In this document: piece after piece, positions 1 to 11,908 of the stretch
How positions within the stretch are numbered: the stretch's first letter is position 1
Layout: each line of letters begins with the position of its first letter
Assembly: GCA_965178125.1 (NCBI GenBank)
Contig: OZ237743.1
Span: 186,001 to 250,000 of the forward strand
Direction: 5' to 3'
Source of the DNA: Bilabrum cf. latius
Taxonomy: Eukaryota
Length of the DNA stretch: 64,000 nucleotides
Translations under genes and position numbers: made by a program
The notes under the pieces: generated by a model
Databases searched by the model: none
What the model saw: the letters and a program-made list of their open reading frames with translations, nothing else
What the model was told of the DNA's origin: nothing

Positions 1-3000
1 ATCCAGGACTGGGTCAAGATGAGCAGTGATACACTCACGCATTTGGGAGCGGCATTGCCTTAACCGTTCCAGCAGTGCCTCCGTCGGCGCGGCGGGGTGG
101 TTCGCCGGAAGCTGCAAGACTCGCGTGGCTGCAAGGAGCACTCCACCAGCAAGCCGACATGCGAAAGTAAGCGGCGTCACAAACACAGGGTTGATGTTAC
201 CCTTGCACATCCTCGCAATTTCCTCGCAGACGGCCATCAGCGGACCCACCGTGCCCTCCGGGGCGTGGGCCAGCTCGTGCCAGAGCGACCCATACGTCGA
301 ACCGAGAGAGACAAGGTCCGTCGGGGCATGATCAGGCATGCCTGGCAAGTGTGCACAAGCTAGTGGCACTGCGGGAGGGCCGGCGCTATCATCCCTGTCA
401 GTCGAAATCACGCCCTGCTACAACCCAAACCTCTAGCGAGCGAAAGGGCTTCCATGAAACAGTGGCCCTGACGAAGATGCCGAACTAGCTCCTCCTCCTG
501 TCGCGGATGCGGCAGCTGCTGCTAGTCCTGAGCCACCTGTTCCTCCCTTGGACGTGCTGCCGCTCGTCAAATCGGGGCACGCGGACTCTGCTACCGCACC
601 GAGTCGAAACACGGAAGTCCACAGCACCTCACGGAGTTCCTCGTTGAAGAGGGCAGATCCGCGCGCCTCGGCAAAGAATCCGAGCACCAGGGGCACACGC
701 ATGGATGACGTCACTGTCAGAGCGCTCAGCAGCTCCTGCGAATCGGTGTCCGTCAGGTAATTCCCAAAGGAATCAAGACCCTCCGCCAGCACCACATCAT
801 CTTCATCGGCTGCACCGTCCTCGATGCGTGCAAGGACGCCGTGTGCCTCAGGAGTCATGAAACTGTGCGATGGGTAGGGTACTGTCAGACTGCATCCCTA
901 CCGGTGCTTGTCCGCAGACCCATCAACCTTGATTCCAGCCTAACCCTTCGTGATCTTGTCGTCGAACTTGGGAGGGGTGAACGAGATCCTTGGCGACACG
1001 AGCTTGCCGGGGGTTCGCCCGATGCCACCGCCGCCGACGAGCTCTATGGCCATCAGGGCCTGTACGTCCCGAACCGCCGCGAACTCGGGGCACTTGTTGG
1101 GCACGTCGTCCGAAAGCTGCATGCAGACTCCCGCGACGAACTTGGGACAGTCTTTCTCGGGGTCTTCCATCTTCATTTTGCGGCATGCCGTTATCGCGAC
1201 GCCATTGACTGTCGGCAACCCCAGCTCAGCGGCAAAGTCGTACGTGATCTTGCTGTTGCTCCAGTTTTGGGATGCTTCTTGCATTGAAGAGCTACCGCCA
1301 CCTGTGTTCCATGCAAACGAGCCTATCAGGCGATCCAGCCTGCCTTTCGGTTTGCTGACTCGCCTAGCGCTAGCCACAGCACTTAATGCTTGGTCCTCTG
1401 CCTGACGACACCCCAGAATTCTCTGTGCAGCCACTCCAACCAGAGGGTCTTCGAGGCTCCACAGCTGCATCGGTACCTCGAGCGGCTCTCCGATGGCGGT
1501 GCTCTGCAGCAGGGTATGCGGCTCGATCTTGGAAGGGCTGAACCTTTCGGTCTTCGCACCAGGCACGGCTTCTGCGCGCAGGAGCTTCGTGACGAGAGAG
1601 CCCTCTCCTTGCGGGCATCCGTACCTCATGACCGACAGAACAAAGTACAAGACTGCAAGCGAGCACGCTTGGCGCTCGGAGACTCCAGCCGCATCTTTTC
1701 GGGGGTTGAAGTGCGTATAGCTGAGGTACTTGCGGAGGAGATCGACGGCAGAATTGCACAGGTCGAGCACTCGTTTCTGTGGCAGCGTGCCGCACGGGTG
1801 CCCGACCGTTACGGAGCTGCTCCCTGCCTTCCCCAGCATCCATCCGATCGAGTCGAAGGGCAGCCGCTGCAGTATGACGCGCTTGACAAATCGGGACCCC
1901 ATAAGCGCCCCATAGTACCCTTCCGACTGCTCCCATATCCGGTCGGCCAGCCTCGAAGCCCCTTCTATTAGGCGCAAGACGTTGTCAGAGGAATCCGTGG
2001 GGATGCTATCGAGGGCCAGTAAGTCGACACCTTTCATGCCGGCCAGGCGGGAACGAGGCCCCTTCAGGCCATCGCGGACATCCTTGGCAAACAGACTCTC
2101 CAGGCCTGCGCCCAGCCACGGGTACCAGACCATGTCCTTGACTGGTCCCGATTTGTTATAATACGATGGCATAATTAATCTCTGTCCAACCTGCCGGTTG
2201 GTATTTGCTGAGAAAGACGGCGATGGGGACGGGGTGAGCTGGCCCGCACCAGCCTCACCCAAGGGCTGCCCGCCTCGGCAGCCCCACACCACCACGTCCC
2301 GGTCGTCGTCAGGGAACGTGAGCTCCCTGCCGGCAGGTTTGATATCAATCACACATAAAACATGTCAAGCAGGGACCAGTTGGCCGGATCAGCAGGTAGC
2401 ATCCTGCACCGCAGCCAGTCTGTCCTGCCGTAGACCCTCCATGAGCTCACGGGTGGGCGGGCTTTCAACAGAACTCCAGTGCCCAGATCTTTATATCTGT
2501 GGCGCTGCGTGTTGCGTCTCAGCCTCCACTCGAGCACTTGCCTCAAGGGAAGTGCCTCGGGAGCACAAACCAGGACCCGAACGACTCGGAATCAGTCGGG
2601 CCTGATCCCAAGTCTTACCGGGTCCCGATTTGTTATAATACGATGGCATAATTAATCTCTGTCCAACCTGCCGGTTGGTATTTGCTGAGAAAGACGGCGA
2701 TGGGGACGGGGTGAGCTGGCCCGCACCAGCCTCACCCAAGGGCTGCCCGCCTCGGCAGCCCCACACCACATTGATGCTACTCGGACGGGAGGGGCGCCCG
2801 TCCGTTGTCCTCTCGCCATTCTGACTCATTCCTTAGAGCTCCGCTACTGCCTTCTTGAACGCCACAGCCAGCTTGGGCAAGTGGTCCTTGCTCATGCAGT
2901 ACACGGCATTCTCCAACGACTTCCAGTCGGCGTGCTTGTACATAACACCCACGGCGGCAACTGTTGCCTGTTCGCCTAGAGTGCGTGCTGAAGGACTCCG

Positions 3001-6000
3001 TGATCTCGCTCGTGCCCGTGCAGTACGCCTCCATCATCCTCCTGATGGCTGTCGTCCAGCTTGCTTACCAACGCTTTGTTGTCTTGGCGTCCGAATTCAC
3101 GAACCGATAGGTCTTGGAGTCAGCAGGGTCGTCGCCGCAGCCGGCTAGTCTACTGCAATGTCCCCCAGATCGTGGTTCGCTGATGCACCTCGTCCAGTCG
3201 CTTCAGTGCGGTCTGGCCCATTGGGATGAGCACTGCCTACAGCGTGTCCCTTACAGCTGTTGTCTTCCAGAGAGAGAACATGGCCATATATGTGCACTTG
3301 CCCTTGTACATCATACTCGCGTCATCCATGGTCCGGGACCGCAGCTCGTTGCCGCGACACGTGCCGCCGATGCCCACTAGTGGAGCCTCGAGGGCAAGGA
3401 TCTCTTCGGGTTTGCCCGCCTTGGGCCCGCCGTCTGTGACCATTGCGGTGCTCCATCTAGATGATGGGAGCACGCTTCTTCCGGTTGCCCACGTCGTGCA
3501 GCCTCTTGTCCCTGCCTACCATCACCGTGTTGGTCGTTCCGGATGTGTCGGGGGATGGAGATGCAGCCCGTCACGTCGATATATCTCGACACGTGGAGAA
3601 GGTTGACCTGAGCGTGGAGCCCTGGAGATTGCCGCGCTCCATGCGCAGCACCATATGGGCAGGGATCCGGTCAAGATTCTTGATCGCCTCCGCAATCGTG
3701 GTGCCGTTGGGGCCGAAGTCTATCAACAGTCTACCTACTGGACGACGCGAAGCCACTCGCGCCGGCTCGCCAGGCTGACATCAACCGCACTGCAGCGTAT
3801 GGCAGGCGCACCCAAGCGCCATCGAGACCAAGCAAGCCCAACTCTGTGGCAGCCGACGCGAAGCAGCCCACCCCGGCTCGCCTGGCTGACTTTGACAGCA
3901 AGGCGGCCACTGGCAGGCGCGCACATGCGCCATCAAGCCCCAGCAAGAGCAAGTATACCCATAATGCACTCTGATCCCTCCAGCCTCAGAGTCTGCACCA
4001 CGATGTGCTCTGCTCTCACCAGCCTCATAGTCTGCACCACGATGTGCTCGGCTCTCACCAGCCGCAGAGTCTGCACCACGATGTGCTCTGCTCTCACCAG
4101 CCGCCGGGCCTGCACCACGATGTGCTCTGCTCACAGCAGCCGCAGAGTCTGCACCACGATGTGCTCTGCTCACACCAGCCGCTGAGTCTGCACCACGATG
4201 TGCTCTGCTCTCACCAGCCGCCGGGCCTGCACCACGATGTGCTCTGCTCACCTTAGCCGCAGAGTCTCCTCGTCGTCATCACCATCAGATACCTCTGCCC
4301 GTTTCCCACCGGCGAGCCCTCGTTGAATAGAGCCTACGGCGTCAACCCTAGTCGCCTCGGCAGAGCTGCCCTATAAGAGGGCAAGACGCACATCCGGAGC
4401 GGGAGGAGAGGCAGCTGGCATCTACAGCGAGGCGCGCTGCTCACAGCAGCCGCCGAGCCTGCACTACGAAATGCTCTGCTCACACCAGCCGCTGAGTCTG
4501 CACCACGATGTGCTCTGCTCACACCAGCCGCTGAGTCCGCACCACGATGTGCTCTGCTCACAGCAGCCGCAGAGTCTGCACCACGATGTGCTCTGCTCTC
4601 ACCAGCCTCATAGTCTGCACCACGATGTGCTCTGCTCACACCAGCCGCTGAGTCTGCACTACGATGTGCTCTGCTCACAGCAGCCGCAGAGTCTGCACCA
4701 CGATGTGCTCTGCTCTCACCAGCCTCATAGTCTGCACCACGATGTGCTCTGCTCTCACCAGCCGCCGGGCCTGCACCACGATATGCTCTGCTCACCTTAG
4801 CCGCAGAGTCTCCTCGTCGTCATCCCCATCAGATACCTCTGCCTGCTTCCCACCGGCGAGCCCTCGTTGAATAGAGCCTACGGCGTCAACCCTAGTCGCC
4901 TCGGCAGAGCTGCCCTAAAGAGGGCAAGACGCACATCCGGAGCGGGAGGAGAGGCAGCTGGCATCTACAGCGAGGCGCGCTGCTCACAGCAGCCGCCGAG
5001 CCTGCACTACGATGTGCTCGGCTCTCACCAGCCGCAGAGTCTGCACCCCGATGTGCGCTTCTCTCACTAGCCGCCGGGCCTGCACCACGATGTGCTCGGC
5101 TCTCACTAGCCGCTGAGTCTGCACCACGATGTGCTCGGCACTCACCAGCCGCAGAGTCTGCTGCCCCCTCGTCGTCATCCCCATCAGATACCTCTGCCTG
5201 TTTCCCACCGGGGAGCCCTCGTCGAATAGAGCCTACGGCGTCAACCCCCGAGGCCTCGGCAGATCTGCCCTATAAGAGGGCAGACGCACACCCGGGGCTG
5301 AAGGAGAGGCAGCCAATAGGTCTCCCGAGAGTTGATCGGTTGTACGCAAAGCAGAGCTGGGCGGGGCTCGTAAGTGCCGCACAGCCACCCCAGCGTGGGA
5401 CCCGCTCGACGGTAGGAGTGTGGGTCCAAGCCCATCTTTCCCCCTACTGTCGGCTATATCCCTTCTAGGAACGGAGCTGGAAGACGATGACGAAGAAGCA
5501 TTACCTGAGGCCCCGCCCCGGCCAAGTACTTGTGTCGCGGCGATGCGGCTGGCCCCACGTCTGGCAGCCAGCGTCGCCTTGGCACGTTCAGCAGCGGAAT
5601 CTGGCTCACGGGTGTAGGTCACGCTCTCCTGCTTGATCCAGCTACAACCTCAGCGCTCAACGGTATAACACTGCTGCTACGGAGGCCTCGAGCGCGGCGG
5701 CCACCAGCCCCGTCGTGAGTGTGGCCTCCTCTATCACTCCGGTTTGCGCGTCCTCCAGCTTTACTGCGTGTGCCCGACACGTCAGGCCCGCCGGGCGCCC
5801 GCACTCCGTGGGTACCCTAGACAGTCTATGGCAGGCGCACACTGGCGTTCTGAAGACCAATCAAGCCCAAGTCGATCTACTAGATGACGCAAAGCGACCC
5901 GCCAAGGGCTCGCCAGGCTGACATCCACAGCACGGCGGTCCGCAGCAGGCGCACGCTGGTGCCATCAAGACCACGTCCTCCCAAGTAAACCCAAGATGGC

Positions 6001-9000
6001 GCTGCACTCACCAGCCGCAGAGTCTACACCACGATGTGCTCGGCTCTCACCAGCCGCAGAGTCTGCTGCCCCCTCGTCGTCATCCCCATCAGATACCTCT
6101 GCCTGTTTCCCACCGGCGAGCCCTCGTTGAATAGAGCCTACGGCGTCAACCCCCGAGGCCCCGGCAGATCTGCCCTATAAGAGGGCAGACGCACATCCGG
6201 GGCTGAAGGAGAGGCAGCCAATAGGTCTCCCGAGAGTTGATCGGTTGTACGCAAAGCAGAGCTGGGCGGGGCTCGTAAGGGCCGCACAGCCACCCCAGCG
6301 TGGGACCCGCTCGACGGTAGGAGTGTGGGTCCAAGCCCATCTTTCCCCCTACTGTCGGCTATATCCCTTCTAGGAACGGAGCTGGAAGACGATGACGAAG
6401 AAGCACTACCTGAGGCCCCGCCCCGGCCAAGTACTTGTGTCGCGGCGATACGGCTGGCCCCACCTCCGGCAGCCAGCGTCGCCTTGGCACGTTCAGCAGC
6501 GGAATCTGGCTCACGGGTGTAGGTCATGCTCTCCTGCTTGATCCAGCTACAACCTCAGCGCCCGAGGGTACCCCACTGCTGCCGCTACCGGAGTAGTGGC
6601 GCCGGCGACGTCGGAGCACTCTCCCCGCCCACGTCGGCGTCCCTCCTGAACCGGGCGCTGCTGCCGCCGCTTTCGTTTTTGCGCTATGGAGGATTTCCCC
6701 GCTGCGGAAAGCTCGAGGACGGCGGCCACTACATCATTTGCGAGTATGGCCTCCTCCATCACCACGGTCTGCACGTCCTGCAGCTTGACTGCGCCTTGAG
6801 CCCGACACGTCAGGCCCGCCGAGCACCTGCACTCCGTGGGTGCCCTTCCCACCGGCTCGCCAAGCTGCCCTCCACAGCAAGACAGTCTATGGCAGGCGCA
6901 CACTGGCGTTCTGAAGACCAATCAAGCCCAAGTCGATCTACTAGATGACGCAAAGCGACCCGCCAAGGGCTCGCCAGGCTGACATCCACAGCACGGCGGT
7001 CCGCAGCAGGCGCACGCTGGTGCCATCAAGACCACGCCATCCCAAGTAAACCCAAGATGGCGCTGCACTCACCAGCCGCAGAGTCTACACCACGATGTGC
7101 TCGGCTCTCACCAGCCGCAGAGTCTGCTGCCCCCTCGTCGTCATCCCCATCAGATACCTCTGCCTGTTTCCCACCGGCGAGCCCTCGTTGAATAGAGCCT
7201 ACGGCGTCAACCCCCGAGGCCCCGGCAGATCTGCCCTATAAGAGGGCAGACGCACATCCGGGGCTGAAGGAGAGGCAGCCAATAGGTCTCCCGAGAGTTG
7301 ATCGGTTGTACGCAAAGCAGAGCTGGGCGGGGCCCGTAAGTGCCGCACAGCCACCCCAGCGTGGGACCCGCTCGACGGTAGGAGTGTGAGTCCAGGCCCA
7401 TCTTTCCCCCTACTGTCGGCTATATCCCTTCTAGGAACGGAGCTGGAAGACGATGACGAAGAAGCACTACCTGAGGCCCCGCCCCGGCCAAGTACTTGTG
7501 TCGCGGCGATGCGGCTGGCCCCACGTCTGGCAGCCAGCGTCGCCTTGGCACGTTCAGCAGCGGAATCTGGCGCACGGGTGTAGGTCACGCTCTCCTGCTT
7601 GATCCAGCTACAACCTCAGCGCCCGAGGGTACCCCACTGCTGCCGCTACCGGAGTAGTGGCGCGGCGACGTCGGAGCACTCTCCTTGCGCCACTTCCTGC
7701 ACCGGGCGCCGCTGCCTCCGCCTTCTCCTGCGCGATTGAGAAGTTCCACGATGCGGAGAGCTCGAGGCTGGCAGCCACCAGATACTTCACGAGCTGGGCC
7801 TCCTCCAGCACTACGGTTTGATGTCCTCCAGCTCTACGGCGTCCGTGCTCGACACGTCAGGCCCGCCGGGCGCCTACTCCGTGGGTGCCGTTCGCCTCGG
7901 CCACCCGGTGGCTGCCGCCGTATCCACTGCCCCAGTTATTGCCGCGTTCTGCAGGCTGATGAGGTGCCGCATCGCCGTCATCTGGAGGAGGTCGCACGCT
8001 AGCTGCGCACCTGTTGGCGTGCCGTCGAGCATGGTCCACCGGAACACCCGCACCATCAGTGGCGACTCGTCGCCTTCGGCGGACCGCCCTAGCTTAGGGA
8101 AAGAGTCGACCATGGCTGCTACCGCCTGTGGCCGTGGTTTCGAGCTCATTTCTGTGAAGAGAACTAGAGTGGGAGCCATGCTGACGAGAAAATGATCTCG
8201 CCGGCGTTGCTGTGCCTGGTCCGCGGTCTCGCATGACTTATACGCGCATTCCGGTTCCGCTAGTGCTTCCTTGCATCCACAAAAGGTAAGCTTGGCTGCG
8301 GCTGCGGCTCCCAGGCCGTCACGGATGCGGCACGAGCCGGGTCAAAATTTTGCGGTTAACTTCAGATACCCCGGGAACTCGCTACCGGCCGCACTTTGTA
8401 CGCCCTCCAATAGTTCGTTAATAGTTCAAACCAACATTCGCACTAAGAGTGATACGCTAAGCAGGCGAGTACGCATGGCGTTGAGTTGCAGCGTGAGTGT
8501 TGGCATTTCGGACCCGTCGGTGGCCAACAGTCGGTAAATTCCAGAGAATTCGTGGGCACCACCTTTCAACAGAACTCCAGTGCCCAGATCTTTATATCTG
8601 TGGCGCTGCGTGTTGCGTCTCAGCCTCCACTCGAGCACTTGCCTCAAGGGAAGTGCCTCGGGAGCACAAACCAGGACCCGAACGACTCGGAATCAGTCGG
8701 GCCTGATCCCAAGTCTTACCTAGGCGGGGCGGGACGTGCCCCGGATCTTGCCACTCTCCGGTCGTACACTTGGGCAAGAGGTCGTCCGAGATTTCTCGGA
8801 GGCTGGCATCGATTTTCCTGAGCTCATCGTCTGTGATGATGCCGGAGCTGTTGTGCTTGAGGGCGTGGTGGGCTGTCTGCTGCAGGCCCATGCGGATTGT
8901 CGTCCGGTCCGAGTCGAACAGCTTCACGCCCTCCTCAGTGGCCAACTGCTCCCGCAAGTAGTCGCCCAGCGAAAGCATGTACTGCAAGCGGAGGAGCAGT

Positions 9001-9778
9001 GTGAGCCGTTTGCATTGCTTGCGACTCGTTCCCCGCAGCCTGGCAACGTACTTGAGCGTGGTCAGGTTGCACCGGAAATAGCACGTCCCTGCCCTCTGGG
9101 GCTTCATCCAATCACCCGAGTGCGCGTCGTGCCCGTGCCGAAATCCGGGGGTGAGTGCGTCCGCGACTGACCTCTGCAGAACGTACGGCAAGTAAATCTC
9201 GTAGAAGGGGAAAGGGCCGTGGTCGGGAGAGCGGGATGCCTTCTGCTTGAGCAGGAGCCAGAGGCCAACCTCGTCCGATGCCCGGTCTAGCTCCACACCG
9301 TCGAATCTCATCGCGAGCCGCATGCCACCGCTGACCAGCGGCCAGCTGCTCTCCCGAGATGGATGGGCCCCTACTCCCTGCCCTGAGTTTATGACGATGA
9401 GAGACATGGTATCGATGGCCGTCTTGTGGAAGCACAGGCAAATTGCGTGGCCGCCTTTCAGCTACGTCCAGCCGGTCTGCAAACACACGATCTGGTCTAC
9501 TTTCATATCGCGAAGTAGCTTTTGCATCTCTTTAACCTACTATAGTAACGAACCATTCTTAGCAATGTCTGCACTTGCCTTGAAAATGCTCTCGAGTTCT
9601 TCCAAGATCTTTTCGTCGATCCCCCAGCTCAAATCTCGAGATGTGCCGATAAGCCTCCTGCACATGTCCGCAAGCCCGCGAGCAGCTATACGAGGGTTAT
9701 TTCCATCTAGTTCTGTGTCCTTGATGAACGGATCGCCGAAGATCCCTGCGCACAAGAATGAATTGCAGAAATCCACGG
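1..9778 (-). CDS. Giant conserved protist protein, 5' part; runs off the window at position 1 and is interrupted by a retroelement. Coding segments are about 9778-8720 and 2141-1; the start codon/5' exon is unresolved.
   Basis: Track ORFs 9540-9776 and 8592-9407 share a frame joined by TAGs (9540, 9537, 9462). ORFs 940-2352 and 433-858 share a frame joined by TAGs (940, 898, 433, 418) that stays open to base 1. Removing 2143-8720 joins ...PPRL to VKDMVWYPW in frame. Motifs TGW-x-x-x-KGGHAI, NSGQG, PQRAGTCY, DSQELLSALTV...RVPLVLGFF and GSTYGSLWHEL resemble a family of very large protist proteins (from recall). Confidence 0.75.
2144..2292 (-). repeat. Element 1 terminal repeat B2 (copy B1 at 2621-2769)
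   Basis: 149-bp direct repeat, offset 477 (ggtcccgatttgttataata...gccccacaccac). Confidence 0.95.
2833..3500 (-). pseudogene. Frameshifted tyrosine recombinase remnant of element 1
   Basis: Motifs appear in the expected order across several frames: GIGGTCRGNELRS (catalytic R, ~3341-3375), SLWKT, FSTHS-RRTG (H-x-x-R-like, ~2970-2992) and KHADWKSLENAVY (G-R-W-x-S...Y-like, ~2900-2940), ending at TAA 2833-2835. It lies just before B1, where Ngaro YR ORFs sit. Confidence 0.65.
3980..5160. repeat. 39-bp minisatellite arrays (unit agtctgcaccacgatgtgctctgctctcaccagccgcag) in three blocks separated by a duplicated ~200-bp spacer
   Basis: Blocks at about 3980-4265, 4440-4810 and 4980-5160. The 13-aa periodicity is visible in the track ORFs (VLCSHQPQSLHHD). 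Spacer copies at about 4263-4440 and 4808-4980. Confidence 0.9.
5125..7885. repeat. Three tandem ~0.9-1.06-kb units inside element 1
   Basis: Near-identical 129-aa track ORFs at 5233-5622, 6138-6527 and 7199-7588 (offsets 905 and 1061), with shared flanking sequence. Confidence 0.9.
7608..8179 (-). pseudogene. Degenerate ORF1-like (possible gag) reading frame of element 1
   Basis: ATG at 8179 downstream of A1 reads through TAG 7874, then shifts frame near 7815 relative to the homologous copy in ORF 6547-6921 (VKLQDVQTVVMEEAILA). Identity is inferred from position only. Confidence 0.35.
8563..8720 (-). repeat. Element 1 terminal repeat A1 (copy A2 at 2462-2619)
   Basis: 158-bp direct repeat, offset 6101 (ctttcaacagaactcc...aagtcttacc). 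Confidence 0.95.
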
Positions 9779-10739
9779 CTGTAGTGGTCCGGCACGGGAC
9801 GAATTATGGCAAAGGGTCTAGCCTACTGAATACAAGCAGCATAATATAATATAATGGGTGATATGTGGTCAATGCATAGAAAGTGATCAGTTCAGCTCAG
9901 CGGGCTTTGCAGACATGAATTCAACGGAATTCATCGGAGGGAGCCACTTTCATTGAGGCGCATTTTCTTACCAAGGTATCCACCATCCAGCCAAGGTTCT
10001 TTACTATATCCTGGCATTGTACCCCTATTACTGCACTGAGGTACCAGTCGTGCGACAAACCAACGAAATTGTTTCGCGGAACATGCCAACACTTATTTCA
10101 CGACCAGTCTGGTTTTTCGCTAAACACCACGTAATCTCCGGCCCCACGCAGCGCACATAGAGAGGCAATGGGCCAAAGGCATGAGCGCGTGCATGCTAGC
10201 CTCTCTGAAGGACCGTGAGACGCAGAGACGGTCTTGGAGGAGGAAATGGTGGGTCCCGGCAGGGGACCCTGATGTGGGACTGGACCGCGCTTTGTGCCGG
10301 GCACATGCTCCGCACCTGTATGCTTTCTCCCTGTGAAGGCATCAGGCTGAGGGCTTGTGGGGGACCACATTGATGGCGAATGAAGGGGACTCGGCGGTGT
10401 AGGCTGAGATTGGGGGGCCTTTGGCCTGAAAGGGTCGGGGGTCTTGTAGTCCTGAGATCACACGTTGTACACAGCACCCTAATCTCGCAGACAGTCACAC
10501 ATGGTTGTAGTTGGTTTCCTCCGAGAGCCCATCCTCAAAGTTACCAAAAAGAAAACTGGCGAGCGCTGCCTCTCAGCGCCCGAATAGCACGCGGCTTGAT
10601 TGCCGCTCGAGTCTAATTGTGACCTCTCAACTTCCACATCCGCACGTGGTCGGGTGATCCGATCCCCCTGATCCGAGTCACCCGTCCCCCACATGCCCAA
10701 ACCCCCACCTACCCGGCCTGTGCCTCCCCCCTTTCTATC

Positions 10740-11160
10740 CGCCGTATCAACCCGATGACCCCACCACTCATCTTCTCCTCCACTTCTTCCTCCCCACTTG
10801 GTGAACCGCCGCCCCCCCCCCCTCCTCCCTGCTTTGCCCCCCCCGCCCATCTATCGCCTTCTCTCTCTAACCCCCCCCCTCCCCCATCCCTCGCCCTCTC
10901 TCTCTCTGCTCTGCCCCCACCCCGACCCCCCCCCCCCCCACCCCTCGCCCTCTCCTTCTGCTCCGCCCCCCACCCCCCCCCCATCCCTCGCCCTCTCCTT
11001 CTGCTCCACCCACACCACTCCCCTCTCCATCCGTCGCCCACCCCGCGTCGCCGCCGCTCCTAGTCTGCATCCCTAGCCGCTTTCTCTCTCTCTCTCACTC
11101 CTCCGCTTCGCTACGTCGCATCTTTCTCACTCCTCCGCATCGCTACGTCGCATCTGCTCC
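10740..11160. repeat. Polypyrimidine/C-rich low-complexity tract in the A2-B2 spacer of element 2
   Basis: Long C/CT runs with repeated ccctcgccctctccttctgctcc; G-rich on the minus strand. Confidence 0.8.
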
Positions 11161-11640
11161 TGCACCTCGAGCGGGTCCTGCGCCCACCGCGCGACCTCAA
11201 TCTCAGAGACCTTGCTGGCCTCACCAACTGAGATCACACGTTGTACACAGCACCCTAATCTCGCAGACAGTCACACATGGTTGTAGTTGGTTTCCTCCGA
11301 GAGCCCATCCTCAAAGTTACCAAGTTCTTCCAGTTACTTGGTTGAGACGGAGCAGTGGAGTGCAGCCGCCAGCAGGAGTTGGAACTGGGTTAAACGGATC
11401 CCGCAGCGGCTGGAAGCTGGCCCGCACACACCGCAAGTCCGCCCATACGGCATGGGGTCTGTCCCAGCCACCAGCTGCGACTACGCCAGGAGCTCAGCCG
11501 CCGATGCATGCAGAGACGAGGCCGGCGTACCACGAAGCCCCGCCAGCATCCAAACGCCCCACGGCCGACCTGACGAGCCGCCCAAATGAACCAGCTGCCG
11601 TCGGGCCCCCGCCCGCACTGGCCCACCACAGCACCACACT

Positions 11641-11672
<32 letters not shown>

Positions 11673-11908
11673 GGGGGGAAAGGGCAAGGACCCGAAACCC
11701 GTGTCATCCCATCCGCCCCAACAGCCCCACCCCACGGCACCATGGAGATCCGCAGCGCCAGAGACCCCGACAGCACGAGCGCGACACGTCGCCCACAGCA
11801 GCAGAAGCGTCTAAGTGCCCGGCCGCATCAACACCGGAGTCCCAGACCGCAAGAGCACGCACACCGCACCTGCCGCCCCCGGAAGCATCCGGAGCCCATT
11901 ACAAGCAT

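Larger units (their letters stand above)
2144..8719 (-). mobile_element. Split-direct-repeat tyrosine-recombinase retrotransposon (Ngaro/DIRS-type), decayed/non-autonomous (element 1)
   Basis: Repeat A (158 bp) at 8563-8720 and 2462-2619; repeat B (149 bp) at 2621-2769 and 2144-2292. Order on the minus strand is A1-[ORF remnants, YR remnant]-B1-A2-spacer-B2. The B1/A2 junction reproduces the junction of the circularised ends. Flanked by a duplicated AG. No RT/RNase H recognised. Confidence 0.85.

Noticed and set aside
2144-2352. N-terminus of track ORF 940-2352 (and C-terminus of 8592-9407) as host protein sequence
   Set aside because: These parts are read from the element's terminal repeats, and the same peptides recur in ORF 2491-2829.
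3980-5160. 39-bp repeats as a CRISPR array
   Set aside because: The units are head-to-tail with no unique spacers, the context is eukaryotic, and no cas genes are present.
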